From positions 58,962,001 to 59,026,000 of the forward strand of contig CM052822.1 of the NCBI GenBank assembly GCA_028534125.1: a stretch of DNA of 64,000 bases. The letters run 5' to 3'. Position numbers and translations under genes: made by a program. Source of the DNA: Lama glama. Its lineage: Eukaryota. Every line of letters begins with the position of its first letter. Position 1 is the first letter of the stretch. Positions 36,215-49,084 of this stretch are shown here, in pieces. The notes beneath the pieces were generated by a model. It was not told the DNA's origin, did no database searches, and saw only the letters and a list, made by a program, of their open reading frames with translations.

Positions 36215-36620
36215 TTTTATCCTATATAAGTAATAGAACATCTAAGCAGGAGATGTATCATCTCATGTAAAAAATCACTCCCAAAATAGGGCAGCTCCAG
36301 GGTGGGTTAGTTTAATTGAGATGTGGCTCCAGGTCAGAATCGGGCACCCTGTTCTCTGTTGAGCCATTCTCTTAGCATGACCACAGTTCTTTCTTGGCTG
36401 CAAGATGGTTGCCATAGCGCCAGGCATTGCAAGCCCACACACCAGTCTCCGAAGGCAGGAGAAGCAATGTCTTGTTCACGCATCTCTTTAAAAGCAAAAA
36501 AATCCTTCCCCAAATGCCTCTCTCCTGACTTCCTCTTATGTCTTATTGTCCAGATTTAGATGCCACTGCCAAACTATGATGTGGGCCCAGGAAAGACAGC
36601 TCCTCTTCCTCACTCCCATG
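36215..36620 (-). mobile_element. Old MLT1 (J/K/L-like) MaLR LTR
   Basis: AGGGCAGCTCCAGGG...CATTCTCTTAGCATG...GGCTGCAAGATGGTTGCCATAGCGCCAGGCAT...GACTTCCTCTTATGTCTTATTGTCCAGA. Confidence 0.7.
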
Positions 36621-36632
36621 ATTGACTTGAGA

Positions 36633-37295
36633 TCAGCGATTCATAGGGTCCATGAATTTGGATGGGGGAAAACATTATGTCTTTATTTTTATTAACCTCT
36701 AATTCAAATTTAGCACGTCCTTTGAATATAAGTGTAAGCCAAAAATCATAGTAAAACTAGTGTATCTGTGACTATCATCAATAGAAATCCCAAGTATTTT
36801 TATATCACATTATAGTAGTTACAAGAATTTCATTATAGTATTTACTCTTATCATTGCTTTAAAATTAGAGATTTCAGAACTACTGCTAGATCTTTTTCTT
36901 CAATGTGTTTTTTTAAATAATTTTTTTAAACTTTAGTTGTATTGTTTTTGATTGTTCATTATGGTTGTTTGAGGAGAGTTAATTAGGTTTCTTTACTTTT
37001 GTTTGTTTTTTTAATGGAGGTACTGGGGATTGAACCCAGGACCTCATGCTTGCTAAGCAGGCACTCTATCAAGTGAGCTATACCCTTCCCCCGATGTGTT
37101 AATAAAGAGGAATATACCTTATATCCTGATTTAGGTGGGTTTTTAAAATATTTTAATAACTATTTCAGTATAATTGGTTTCCTTTGCAGTCCTATGTATT
37201 TTAATTAATGTATCCAAAAATATTATTCTATGATATGAGGGGTCCATAGGTCCCCCTCAGCTGCCAGCAAGTCCCATGTCACAAAAAATAACATA
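36633..37295 (+). mobile_element. MER113-like hAT-Charlie element, interrupted by a Vic-1 SINE
   Basis: GGGTCCATGAATTTGGATGGG...TATTTCAGTATAATTGGTTTCCTTTGCAGTCCTATGTATTTT...GAGGGGTCCATAGG...CCATGTCACAAAAA. Confidence 0.75.
36909..37092 (-). mobile_element. Camelid tRNA-derived SINE (Vic-1 type) with long A-rich tail
   Basis: Reverse complement GGGGAAGGGTATAGCTCACTTGATAGAGTGCCTGCTTAGCAAGCATGAGGTCCTGGGTTCAATCCCCAGTACCTCCA...AAACCTAATTAACTCTCC; TSD-like ATGTGTT on both sides. Confidence 0.88.
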
Positions 37296-37299
37296 GGTC

Positions 37300-37910
37300 A
37301 GTTTGTATTTTCCCGACGCACACAGAGATACCACAAGGAAAAATGACAGAGACTTGCCAGCAGGGAGAAGGGGAAATGGCTGTTGAGTGGCAGCTGCTGG
37401 GCCTTCCCACAGCAAGTGCCCAGAGACTCAGGCAGCCTAAGTGCCACCAAGTGGTTGCGTCCCTGCTGTTGCCCTGCTGCGCTGAATTTACAGCCACGTC
37501 TCCTGAACTTCTTTTACCATCCATGTGCTATTGCCAAGTCCAAGTACTCTCTTCACCATTATTTCCTTCACATTTTTCTTTAAATCAGTCTGTTCTTTCT
37601 GAAATTATTTTAAGAGGAACTTTTAAAAACGGAAACATCACTTACCACAAATGAAAGGAAATTTAAAAAATAAATACAGAGGATGCAGAACAGAGTTACT
37701 GAATTCTGGATAAATCCTGCTTGCCTGCAAGGCTCTGAGCCCTGTTTTTGTGAAAGCGATGCTAAAGACAGATCAGCAGCTAACCAAGACTTTCACCGTA
37801 ACTTATTCAGAGGAGTTGAGAAAGTGAACAGGGAATGATTCAGTTTGTGCTTGTCATTCTATGTCCTATCATTGCCCCACCTAAAATAATTCTGTCGTTG
37901 GAAAAAGCGG
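37300..37910 (+). mobile_element. Charlie4-like hAT DNA transposon remnant
   Basis: TTGCCTGCAAGGCTCTGAGCC...CTAAAGACAG..AGACTTTC...AGGGAATGATTC...CCACCTAAAATAAT resembles the Charlie4a/4z end. Confidence 0.55.
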
Positions 37911-38494
37911 GGTGGTGATAGACTCCTCATTTTACAGACGAGTGACCCCCACCCAGTAAGGAAATGAGGTTAGTCTGATTTAGTTTTCACGAACAAGTCA
38001 TCTCTTAATGATCACTGCTTTCTAAGAACCCTCAAACTACATTCAGCAACTGCGTCTGGGATTTGGTCCAGGACAGACTTTAAGCTTTCTTACCTATGGT
38101 TCATGGAATCCATCATCTTTCCTTTTCTTTGCTCTATTCTTTGTTCCCCTTTTTAAAGCTCAGACTAGCGTTTGCCTGTCTCCACTCTGACAGCATCTCT
38201 TCTGTTCTCTGGGCCCCCGCAGCTGTTGATGAACTGATTAGGCTCGATGTTACTCAGTGGGACTTTTAAGGGGGGAAGGCATCAGTTTTGGAACCCACTG
38301 GCAGAAGAGACAACCCCTCTTGGCACAGCCCCCAAACTCAAAAAGAGACAAACTAGCTGAGCAGAGATCCGAAAAGTCAGAAGACAGGCGGCTGTACCAG
38401 AGCAGTTTCGGCCCTGGTCTTAGCAGGAGAGGAACTTGCAAGAGGGGGTAGAACTGGGCATGCAGCCTGAGGGTGCAGAGCCAAGGGGTGGAAT

Positions 38495-38680
38495 CAGAGT
38501 GCTTGAGAGCTGGAAGCTCAGAAGTCTGATCCCATCCCCCATCTAGAGATAAGAAAACACAACCCCAGAGAAGTTAAGTGATCCACCGTAAAGGCACGCT
38601 GGCGTGAAGCAGCGGCTGAGATGAGAACCCACAGGCCTGTCTGTCCCCTGCTCTGAGCTATTTTCACTCATTATCTTAAG
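38495..38680 (-). mobile_element. MIR3-like SINE
   Basis: AGAGCTGGAAG...CCCCATCTAGAGATAAGAAAAC..CCCAGAGAAGTTAAGTGA. Confidence 0.6.
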
Positions 38681-40544
38681 TCACTAAAAATACGTTTTCC
38701 TCCTTCTGCTCACAGTGTTAAAATAGGTCTGGGGTCACTCTCCCGCCTTCCTTCCCCTCCTCTACTCTCCTTTCCCTTCCCTCCAGTCTCCGATGTTTCG
38801 CCCCTTCTTCCTGTTGCTCTTTGTCCTCTCTCTGCCTCACCAGGCCCCGGAGGGCTGAGCAGTGCATCTCCCTGTCCTTGCCTGCAGCGCTGCTCTCCTG
38901 GGCCCTCTCTCATTCCTGCGGCCTTGTAAGGCTTGTATTAAGGCCGTGGGGAGGATGTCAAACCTTGGTGCCCTGTGTACCTCTTCTTTAACCCCGTCGC
39001 TTGTGGACATCTTTATGACAGGGAGATAAGGGGACCCCCAGAGGATCTGGGGAATGTACTTCTTCTATCTCCCCTTCTCTCACCTGCCCCGTAAAGATTC
39101 TCATTGCCAAGTGAGTCAGGATCTGGGGTGTGCATTTCTCCTCTTTCCTATTCTTTCCAGACCTTAGAGAACACAGGAAGCTGAAGCTCTGGATGGAAGG
39201 GGAGGAGACCACAGCTGCAATTTCCAGGCCCTGAATTAGAACTGGCAAGGATTTTTTTTTTTTTTTAATAATTCAGGAAACCCTATTGTGAACGACAGGC
39301 TGACACTTGCTGACCATGCTTTTGGAAAATTTCTCCTGGAGCTGTTGTGTGCATGTTTACACACTGAGTGTGCCTTGTGGGCATCCTTGTGAGCGGTGCA
39401 CCACCGTCCTGGAGCAGGCCCGCTGCAGAACGCCTCAACTGAGACGCTTTTCTTAATGGTTTGAAACGACAAACGTTATTGTCTTTGAGTTAAGTGGTTC
39501 AATTAGCGCTGATTGGAAAGAGTGGGATGAACTGGGGAAACACGCAGGCTGTTTGGTAACAGCCTGGGGAACAGAGGGAAGGAGGGACGGGAGGTGTCAC
39601 CGACTAAAACAACTCCCCAGGGTGGCCTGTCCCGCTGTGTGGCAGAGCGAGGTGGGGAGGAGCTGCCAGGACCAGTTGATTTTGTTTTGGGGGCAAGAAA
39701 GCAGAAAGCTGTTAGGAGAGGGCTAACATCCATGTGTATGGGTATCATCCCTGCTGGTGTAAGAGAGCTTCCGTTCTCCACGTGAAATATTAATCACTCC
39801 TCGGCATGCTACTTCTGCCTGCTGGCTTGGTGCAGTGTCAGGATGTGCTCCGCTTTGCAGCCCTCCTAGCTGTCCACATGGGTGCTTGTATGTCCATCTT
39901 TCTGTCCACTGGAGACCTTGGGGAAAGGTTACAGCATTGCAGAGCCTTTCTATGCACCTTCCAAGCAGCCTCAGATAATTTCGCCTCGCAGTCATTCCTG
40001 AGGGTAGATGTGGGGCCAGAACCTTTACCCCTGTGGGTCTGTTATCTCCCCACTCTTTCCTCATCTCCCCTTTTTCTCTGCTACCCTAACAGGAGCAGAT
40101 CCAGCATCATTTCAAGCCCCAGAGCTTTTCATTCTTTCCTTCCCCTGTAGGTCTGAATTTCACAGCACTGTGGAGGGCTCAGCGATTGATCTGTCGCTGT
40201 GCCTCATCCCCCAGAAGGTTTCCTCTTTCCACTCCAGATAAAAGAAACAAGGCCCGTCTGCTCCGGACTTTCATCTGCCAGCCCTCGTTCTTCCTGACTC
40301 GTCCTCGCACAGCTGCTCACTTCCCTAAGCTGCCCCCATTGCTCCAACGCCTCCCGAGGGGGACAGGTGTCTCTTCAGTTGCCATTCCTGACACAGGGCC
40401 CCCCCAGTTCCCCTCTTCCTTCCCTTTCCTCTTGGGTCCACCATGGTTCCAGCCGCCCCCCACCTCTCAACTCCTCTGTTGCTAAGACCAGAAGACTTGA
40501 AGAGCTTCCCATCTCCTGCCCTGTGAGTGCAGCAGGGTGGCGTG

Positions 40545-40720
40545 ATTGTTGGCAGCGTGGACCTAGGAATCAGAGACCCGCTTTTGAATTCTGGCCCTGT
40601 CACTTACTGGCTGCGTGGCCTTAGACATAAGGCACTTAACTTGTTAACCTTTAGTTTTCTCAACCATAAAATGGGGGGGTGATATTAATAAGCAATTATG
40701 GGAGGAAAATCCCTGGCGTG
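40545..40720 (+). mobile_element. MIR SINE
   Basis: GGAATCAGAGACC..TTTGAATTCTGGCCCTGTCACTTACTGGCTGCGTGGCCTT...TTTTCTCAACCATAAAATGGGG. Confidence 0.8.
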
Positions 40721-42249
40721 CAGGAAGGGAGAGCATGGTGAGTTCAGGAGAACAGTGGATCTCTGGAGGTGATGTGAAGGTGATAGAGACTCTGAGCTGA
40801 TGTTTTAGGGTCATTCAGTGGAAGCTTGGCTGAAACCAGGGAGGCCAGGGTAAACACACACACAGGAAAGGCTTGCCAGAGAGCACTGCTTTCTGTATCA
40901 AGAACTGACCTCAGCCAACACCCTGTCCCAGGCAGGTAGCCTCGGGGACCGCAGGGTTGGTCCCATCCAGTTTTCCTGAGGTTGAACCAGCAGCTAGTGC
41001 ACATGCGTGTGTGTGTGTGCATGTGTAAGAGAGGAGCGAACAGAAAGATATTTACCCAGTTTTCGCCCTTTTCTTTCTCTCCTTTTTTGTACATGGAGGT
41101 TTCTTCTGTTGAATGCCCCTCTGGAGACAAAGAATTTTTGTAAAAACCACTGTTTTCTGGCTATCTTTACTGCATTTTTGTATCATTTAATGACCGATTG
41201 AGTCGGTGTGACCTAGCAGGTCCTGAAGAGAAAAGTAGGATGAGATCCCCCAACCTCACCGATCCTCCCCCTCCCCCTTCCCCCGGGGTAGCTCACCCTC
41301 ACAGCCCCCAGCCTCACGCAGAGAAAAGAAGGCCTCTGCAAGTTTTGCCTTCTACTGACTCGAGCAATTCCGTTACTGCACCATAGCCAGATCATTGCTG
41401 CTGAATGATCCAGAAAGAGGTCTTTATAATAAGTAAAATCCAGGGAGTCAGACCCCCGATGAGTCCCACATGCCCTTCAGAAGTCCACAGGTTTTGCCAT
41501 CAGAGCAATCTATGGAGGAAAAAAAAAACTTGTTTCAGCCTCAAGTTCCTGGCTGATTTCTTTCTTGGTCCTCCCTCGCACCATCTTCCCCTGGTCCTTG
41601 GGCCCAAATCCCTCTTCCATTTATCATGTCGCCTGCAAATCCACTTTTTGTGCTGCTGCCAAGTGCCTTTTCTGCATTCCCACAGCCATCTACCTGTGAC
41701 CCAGCCAGGCTTCCCCAGAGAGTTCCTATAATTATTTGAGAAAACCATTGTTCCAAGAAGATAGGCAGAGCCGCCACGATGAGGGGCCCTGGGAGGGGAC
41801 AGAGCCCAGGCAGCCCTCCCGAGCTGAGGAAGCACATCGTTGCTGAGACACTTCTGAGCTCTCCTCTGCCTCGTCTTCCTTTTCAACCCATCTCTGGGTC
41901 CTGGTAAAATGCACTAACTTCACTTATCCAAACCTAAAATACTGTGAAGGAGGGCTCTCCAGAGGGTTGAATCCAGACCTTGTCCTTCTCTGATTCTGCC
42001 TGGTATGCTCTGCCCAGGGCTTCCCACAGGCTCCCACCATAGGTTTTTCCTTCTCAACAGTATTCACCAACTCCTTACATAGGGAGCATCTTGGAGCTAC
42101 AGTACAAGTTTGTTTCTGTTCCTGGGTTTCTCTGCCCTTCTTGAGACTTAGGTGGGAGCCCAGAAGGCATACTTATCACATTTGAGATGAGCAAGAATGT
42201 GTTCTGCTAGGACAGAAAATCAGGGTTCAAAATTTCTTACAAGTATAGA

Positions 42250-43540
42250 GATGGGCTGCACCTTACAAGGCAAAATGTAATTTACCAGTTGTAACAAATG
42301 CCAAGTCCTATGTTTAAGTTCAAAAAACCAGTTACACAATTACCAGATGAAGGTGACCTATCTTGATGGCAGTTCATTTGAAAATTACCCCAAGGCATTT
42401 TGTTTACTACAAACTATATACTAACAACAGTGTAAAATGACTGATAAAAATTACGTTAATAGAGAAATAGTTTATAGATCACAGGAGGTAGTCATTCTGC
42501 TGCTCAAGGAACATCTGGGATACTGTGTTCAGTTCTGAGTGTTTTTTAGACAGTTCTTCATAAATGGAGGAGCATTCCTAGGAAGGGACCAGGTGTATAG
42601 CGTGCGGGTGGGATCCAGGTCCAGGGAGTAAAAGAAATCAGTAGGGATGAGGAGAGAAAAACAGAATAAAGAAAAGGCAGGGAATGTCTGGACTGATAAG
42701 TGGTCATACATTTTAGGGTGACAAGTGGCCTGGAGACCAACAAAGGCAGAAGGAATAGGTAGGAGTCTCCAGAGTTTGAATGTAACCTTTTGCTCATTAT
42801 GCCCTCATTTCAATAAAATTATCTTTGCAGATTAGAAGGTAACCATCATGCTCCAATGCCATGACACTTCTGATCTAGACTAACAAAAATCCCTCCTCCC
42901 TTCGGGAAGGTAGAATTGGAATGAAAATCAGGGAATACGACTCCAAACCCTTCCCTCCCCGTTGAATATTCTGCCCATTCATTTTTATATTCTGTGTAAC
43001 CAACTTGTAAAAGAAACTCAGGGCAGCTGCTCACCTGAGCCTACCTGCTCTCCCCTTGAAAGTGTACTCTCTATCTCTTAATAAATCCTTATTTTACTTT
43101 CTTAAGAACAAATAAACAAGCAAAACAGAACAAGCATTAGTAATACAAATGGCTGTCTCGTAGAAGGAGGCAGTGGACTTGGTTTTGCTAAGCACTGTGT
43201 TAGTCCCTCCTTTCTTATCTAATTCTCAAAGCAGCCCTCAGAGCTGAGAAGTATTTGGGGTCAGAGAGTTTTCCCAAAGTCACCCACAGGTGAATAAAGA
43301 AAAGGGAATCCAGATCAGATTTGTTACAAATCGCTCCAGACTACAAAACTTAGACCAGTAGGAGAAAATACAGGTTGGTGGGTTTTAAGCCGAAAGATGA
43401 GACTTTTCGAAATAGCGGGATGGGCTCTTCTTAAAATAGAGAGCCCCCTGTTAGGGAATATTTTGATAGTAGCTGAGCACCTCCCAGAGGCGTGAGGAGA
43501 ACATCTGGATTGGGGAGGAGACCAAGATGACCTTTGGTTC
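42250..43540 (+). mobile_element. L3/CR1 LINE remnant in pieces (42250-42595, 43145-43190, 43310-43540), interrupted by an LTR-like insert and a MIR
   Basis: CAAGTCCTATGTTTAAGTTCAAAAAACCAGTTACACAA...CATCTGGGATACTGTGTTCAGTTCTG...GGCTGTCTCGTAGAAGGAGG...ACCAAGATGACCTT are colinear with the L3 consensus. Confidence 0.65.
42596..43135 (+). mobile_element. ERV LTR-like insert ending in AATAAA plus an A-rich tail
   Basis: TGAATGTAACCTTTTGCTCATTATGCCCTCATTT...GAATATTCTGCCCATTCATTTTT...CTCCCCTTGAAAGTGTACTCTCTATCTCTTAATAAATCCTT (U3-R like), then AAGAACAAATAAACAAGCAAAACAGAACAAG. Confidence 0.55.
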
Positions 43541-46500
43541 AGGTTGGGTGTTGTGTAGTTCCCTCAGGCTGTCCCAGGGCGGCATCAGGTACAGGAGAGC
43601 TGCTGGGCGGGGGTTGGGGGAGGGCAGAGGCTAGGACTACGGGCTCCCCTTTCTTCTGCTCATGCTTTATAGGCCGCTTACACCAGCCTTCACCCCATGC
43701 CCCTCGCTGCTTGTCTCGGTACCCTGAACAAGCTCTCTTCCTGGCAGCCTGTCAATCAAGGTTGGATCTGGCTCCCCTCCCCTTTTTGACTCCACTTCAT
43801 TGTCATAGCTTGTCTTCCCACCCCACCCTAGAATGGGCATTTTAAGGAGACTCCCTCCTTCCTCATCTGTCTTCCCCATTGGTGCAGTCTCCTTGGCGGC
43901 AGCATCCCCCCAGAGGGGTGTGGCCATCCTGCCTCCAGACAGAACTGTCTTCCGAGCCGAGCTGTTGACGAGGCCTGTGTGTGTCTGCATGNNNNNNNNN
44001 NNNNNNNNNNNNNNNNNNNNNNNNNNNNNNNNNNNNNNNNNNNNNNNNNNNNNNNNNNNNNNNNNNNNNNNNNNNNNNNNNNNNNNNNNNNNNNNNNNNN
44101 NNNNNNNNNNNNNNNNNNNNNNNNNNNNNNNNNNNNNNNNNNNNNNNCCAGTCTTATATCCCACCCTACTTTGCACCCTGAAAATTGTTTCTGCTGGGAT
44201 TTCAGTGTTAACAGCAGTGGGTCCCTGGGGCAGGAGAATTATAGTCGTGTCATGTTTGTTTATTTTTTCCCCACATTTGTAACATTTTAATGGATCTTTA
44301 AATGAGAGTTTTAATTCAGTTAACTAAAATAAACATAAGCATAATTTAGTAATCTAATGTGAAAGTAAAAAGATCTGTCAGAAAGTCAATGATGTGAAGA
44401 GACCAGTCCCAGCCACTATCCTTGAGGAACTTCCAATGAGAGCTCGTGGCTGCTGTGTGGACAGTGCAGCTCCAATGCCTACAGAATCGACCCATAAATA
44501 TCTTGGATTGATTGGCATAAAATAGAGCATAAATCAAATGGATTGCATTTAAAATTTTGCAGATGTGTTTTGAACAGGGTGTGACCAGATTAGAGTGTTA
44601 TAGACAATTGGTGGTGGAAGGTCTCTAAAAGCTCTCATTAGAGAGGCAGTTATGGAGTTTTAAGGCTTTCAAATTGTTAAGGACAAGTTTTGGCAAAGGT
44701 TTTATGTTTGTAAACCATTTGGGGCTTTGAGAAGTCATCACCCTGTGTTTTGGCAGTAAGCCAGGTAGCAGCCGCTCTTTCCTCTCCCTAATGCCTCATT
44801 TATCCCATACAAGCCTGTACCTGAAACTTCAGGAAGACCCTCTCTAACCCTCTGCCACTCCAGCACTTCCATTTCCCGAGGCTGCTGGCTCTTAAGTGAA
44901 GAACTCTCCCCTGTTCCCCACCGCCGTCAGGGGCTGTGCCCGGTAATTCTCCCCTCTTGCCTGCACTCCCATCAGGGGTCTGAATGGCTCGCAGGTATCA
45001 AAGAAATTGATGCAAGAGGCCAGTCACTTTGGAAGATAATGTTTTTCCCCCAAGCAGCAAGAAGACTGTGGAAAAGAAAATTGTTCAAAAGACAGACGTG
45101 GGATGTGTGGATGGTGGTGGAAGGAGGTTTGCCCAGGAGCAAGGAGCTGAGAAAAATGAGGTGTTTTGGGGAGGGCTGCAAAATGAGAAAGCAGAGAATG
45201 GGGATCCTGGATGGATGGGAGGCTTGGGAGAAGCCAGAGTTTCAGTGTTTCCTGCTGCTGCTGGTCTGCAGAGGGCCTTTCAGACTCAGGGAGGATCCTC
45301 TGGCACTGTTCTCCTGAGGGAATCAGCCCCTGCTTGGGCCGCCTCGCCCCTCGCTGACGAGCACTCCCCGACCCCAGCCTGTGGGTGCGGCAATCGGAGC
45401 TTTATTGCCCACACACTGGAGCTGCTTTGCAATAAAAGAAAATAAAACGAGGTGATGGGAATGGCTGGTGCAGGGGGTGGGCCCAGGAGAGCTGGGCCTG
45501 CTGCTGCCCGTCTTCCCCGCACCACTGATCACCATTAAGGCCGCTGTCAGTAAGTCATCTGCCGTCCCCTGGGCCTCCTTCTGGGGCTGAGCGAGTGACC
45601 CATGTGGTGGTCAGTTGTAGTAGCAACAGCCGCAGCACAGGCACGAGTCCTTGTTTGGGCTTCGCAGACCTCCCCAGGGGCAGGAAAGAGAGGTGATTTT
45701 ACCTCCTAATGCAAACCGGGATGGGGAGGAAGAGTTCTGCCCCGATGTGACCTCAAGACAAGCCTTGCTAGTGCAGCCTCTGCTGTCGCATACCTGGGCT
45801 GTACGTGCCCAGTGACCCAGAACTAGCTGGAGGAGATGGAGTCGTGGAGCCTACAAATGCCCAAAGGGAAGCAGAGGGAGGCTCACGCACCTGGCTGGCT
45901 GTCCTCCCAAGGTCCCCACCTCACACATCCATTGTTCTGATATTTATGCCTTGCGCGGAGGTTGGCATTAGCTGTGATTCAAAGTCTCCAGTCATTTCCA
46001 TTTTGCCATGTGGCTTGTCTGGCCCTTTGACCAGAGAGCTTTTAAATTCCTCCTCCCCGGCCTTCTCCCCTCTCCGCCTCTCCCCGGCTTCTGCATCCCT
46101 GGCTGGATCAAGTCTTGTTGAGGAGCCTCAGCTTTTCCCCCACACACAAGACACTAAATCTTGCCTGCCTGCCTCGCGACCCACCATCATTTCCCGAGCT
46201 CACCTACGCCCATGAATGCTTAATTTAAAACTTCTGCTGCCGCTCAGCAGTTTGTAATTCTGAGGCCGATTGCAGCAGAGGAAACAAAACGGGCTGATGA
46301 ATGTACTCAGAAAGGTGAGCAGAAAACCATATAGTGGGCATCTCTGTGGTGTGGGGACAGGCTTAACCATTTAATGTAATAAGATGGCTATCTGTGATGG
46401 AGAGTTATTCTAATAGGATGGACGTCTGCCTGATCTGTTGCCCTGCAGGATGGTTATGAATTTCACATTTCCTCACCTCCGCGGCAATAAATTCTCTGGG

Positions 46501-47349
46501 CTTTGCAATTATGAGCTTAGTTTTCAGTTGGGGAAGCCGGAAGGATTTTGTTTTGGTCAGAGGATTAAAAAGGCAGATCCAATCAGGGGGCTAGGGCAGG
46601 CGGCCAGGTGTGCCGGGTTTGCCTCATCCTTCATCCTTAACCTTCTCCACGACCTGCGCCCCTCCCCTCGCAGCTCCGTCAGACTAGTTTTCCTTGTCCT
46701 TGTTTTCTTGGTGCGGCTGATCTTCCCACCACAGGGATTTAAAGGAGCCCCTGTAGCTTCAGAGGTGAGATTGCCCTCTCTGGGTGTCTGTCTCCTATGG
46801 CATTCCTCTGCGGAGTCCAGGACAGCAGGGGCAGAATGAAATAGGAGCGGTGGAATCTATTGGCCTCAAGACAGAGGGATGCTCTAGCCTGACCACCTCC
46901 CAGCCCAAGAGAGTGGGTTGCAGCCCATGGCTCTCCCAGGCAGTCAGGGAGGCGGTGATGCGTTCCCCGGGGCTGGGCTCCTGCTGAGCAACCAACGGAG
47001 AATAGATGCAACGAGTCCCAGAGGGTAATGAGCCCAGAACACGCTAACTGAAGTGCTCAGCGTGGGATCATTGGGGAAACAAGCTCAGGCAAATCTGTGC
47101 AGAGGGGAGTTGCGGCTTTCTTAATGACTTTCTTCCTCTGTGCTGACACATCACCCCTCGGCCCAAGAGCAGAGCAGACAGGGCCAACAGGAAGACAGAT
47201 GCCTCTCCCTAGGTCCGCTTCCCGGCCTTTCTCTGCATGTGTTCCTCCGTCCCCTAATGGGCCTCCCACTCCTTGGGTCAGGGCTCCAGAAAACTCTTAG
47301 ACACCTGGGAGTGTGATTCTCATGGATGTCAGCGAATCATTCTGCCCGC

Positions 47350-47592
47350 TGGTTAGTGACAATAGCTGAGCTCTGTAATTAGGCAGGACTGTGTTCAAAT
47401 TCTGGCTCCCGTACTTACTCGATGACCTTGGATAATTGCTTTAACCTCCCCAAGCCTTCATTTCCTTATCAGAAAAGTGAGACTAAAAATAACCACTGCA
47501 TAAAAAGGTGGTGAGGATTAACTCAGGCAACATGCATGACTGTGAACCTAATTCAGTGTGTGGCCCACAGCAGGTACCCAATAAATATTAAT
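47350..47592 (+). mobile_element. MIR SINE, near full length
   Basis: GTTCAAATTCTGGCTCC..ACTTACT..TGACCTTGGA..TTAACCTCCCCAAGCCTTCATTTCCTTATC...GTGAGGATTAA...CCCAATAAATATTA. Confidence 0.85.
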
Positions 47593-47934
47593 TCCCTTCC
47601 CACTTCCCTCTCATAAGGAGCTGTTGGTCTGTCCTTCAGATGTGAAAGTGGAAACTGCAGAACCTTCTGGCCTGGAGCATTTGTGATCCACCCCCTGCCC
47701 AGCCTGGCTGTCAGACAGAACCTGTGCGCAGGGCAGTAGCTAGAAGAATGAGGCAGATACTCAGAGCAGGCCTTTGCCCCAGAAACTATGTGCCAAGGAC
47801 TATGTTTGGATAGATAATAAAAGAAAGATTTTGTTTGTCTGAGATTATCTTCCTTTTATAATCTTTGAATCAAAGATTCTTTAAAGCCAAGACAGATCAA
47901 TAGATGAGTGCCAGTGATTGGCATATGGATTTTC

Positions 47935-48850
47935 TTTTCATTTAATTCATTTACGAAACACGTACTGACTTTCTACTGTGTGTCAGGCACCATGCTAAGA
48001 ATTGGGACCACAAAGTCAAGGAAACTGTTTTTTGCCATCAAGGAGTTGGCAGGCTCAAGAGCTCATCGGCAGAGTACCAGGAGATACGTGCTCTGCAACT
48101 CACAGGATTCTCTCAGTACAACCGGGGATTCAGAAAAGACTTCTGAAGGAAGTACTGCTTAGGCTGAGTTTTTCAGGATGAGCAGGCATCAGCTAAGCCA
48201 AGGGGAGAAGAAGGACATGGACTCCAGAGAGAGATACCAGTGCATCAGTTAGGAATTGCATGCAATTGCAGATATGCCCCAGAAACCACGTTCATTTAAG
48301 TAAGATTAAAGTTCACTTCTTTCTCATTAAAAAAAGAAGTCCAGACATAGGCAGTCCTGAACAGGTACAGTGGCTCCCAGTGTCACCAGGAATCTGAGCC
48401 CCATCATCTTCCTGCTCAGTTATTCTTAGCACGTGGATTCCATTCTCGAGATCCAAGGTGGCTGGGGAGCTCCAGCCATTCACGTCTTCCTTCCTGACAG
48501 GATGCCAAGAGAATGGGAGAAAGCCCGGCAAGAGCAAATGCTTCCTTAGAAGTCCCACTCAGAAGATTCGGCCGAATCTCAGTGGTGTGACCAAGGAGAG
48601 AGGGCACAGTCTTAAAGCTGGCCACACCGAGGCCTGTGCTAAAAGGATGCCTGTTACTAAGGAAGAAGGAAAGAATGAAAATTGGGAAATGGGAATTGTG
48701 CCACAAACGGCATGTGCCAAGGCACAGAGACGTAACATTTCAGTGTCTGTTGGGGGAACACGTAGCACTGTCTGTGTAGATCAACAAGTCCATGTAGTTA
48801 GTGTAAGAGGAAGAGGAGGTGGTGGGAAATGAGATGGGACAAGCAAATCC
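47935..48850 (-). mobile_element. L2 fragment (47935-48240 and 48706-48850) split by an MLT1 LTR
   Basis: TTCATTTAATTCATTTACGAAACACGTACTGA..CTACTGTGTGTCAGGCACCATGCTAAG (L2 end); resumes at GGCATGTGCCAAGGCACAGAG. Confidence 0.75.
48241..48705 (-). mobile_element. MLT1J-like MaLR solo LTR
   Basis: TGCATCAGTTAGGAATTGC...AGAAGTCCAGACATAGGCAGTCC...CCAAGGTGGCTGGGGAGCTCCAGCCATTCACGTC...TGCCACA. Confidence 0.75.
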
Positions 48851-49084
48851 ACGTTTTCCATTGGGTGTGAAAGCTCTGCTGGTTCAGCTGAACGAGGTGA
48901 TTGCCAGGGCTCAGGTCTGGCAGGTCAGGTGGCATATGCCAAGAGTGGGACCAAGTAAGCTAGACTGTTATGTTGCCCAAAGGCCTGTCATTTTTTCCTT
49001 CAAGAACCAGAGTTCAGTCTCTCTGTGACCTGGGTGCACTCAAAATGTGTTTCTGTCCTCACTCTACGTGCTTGACCCAATAAG

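Noticed and set aside
40050-40160. Strong + strand acceptor-like tracts (ctaacAG at ~40092; cccctgtAG|GTCTGA at 40150)
   Set aside because: No convincing paired donor, GTCTGA is a poor recursive donor, and such tracts are common in introns
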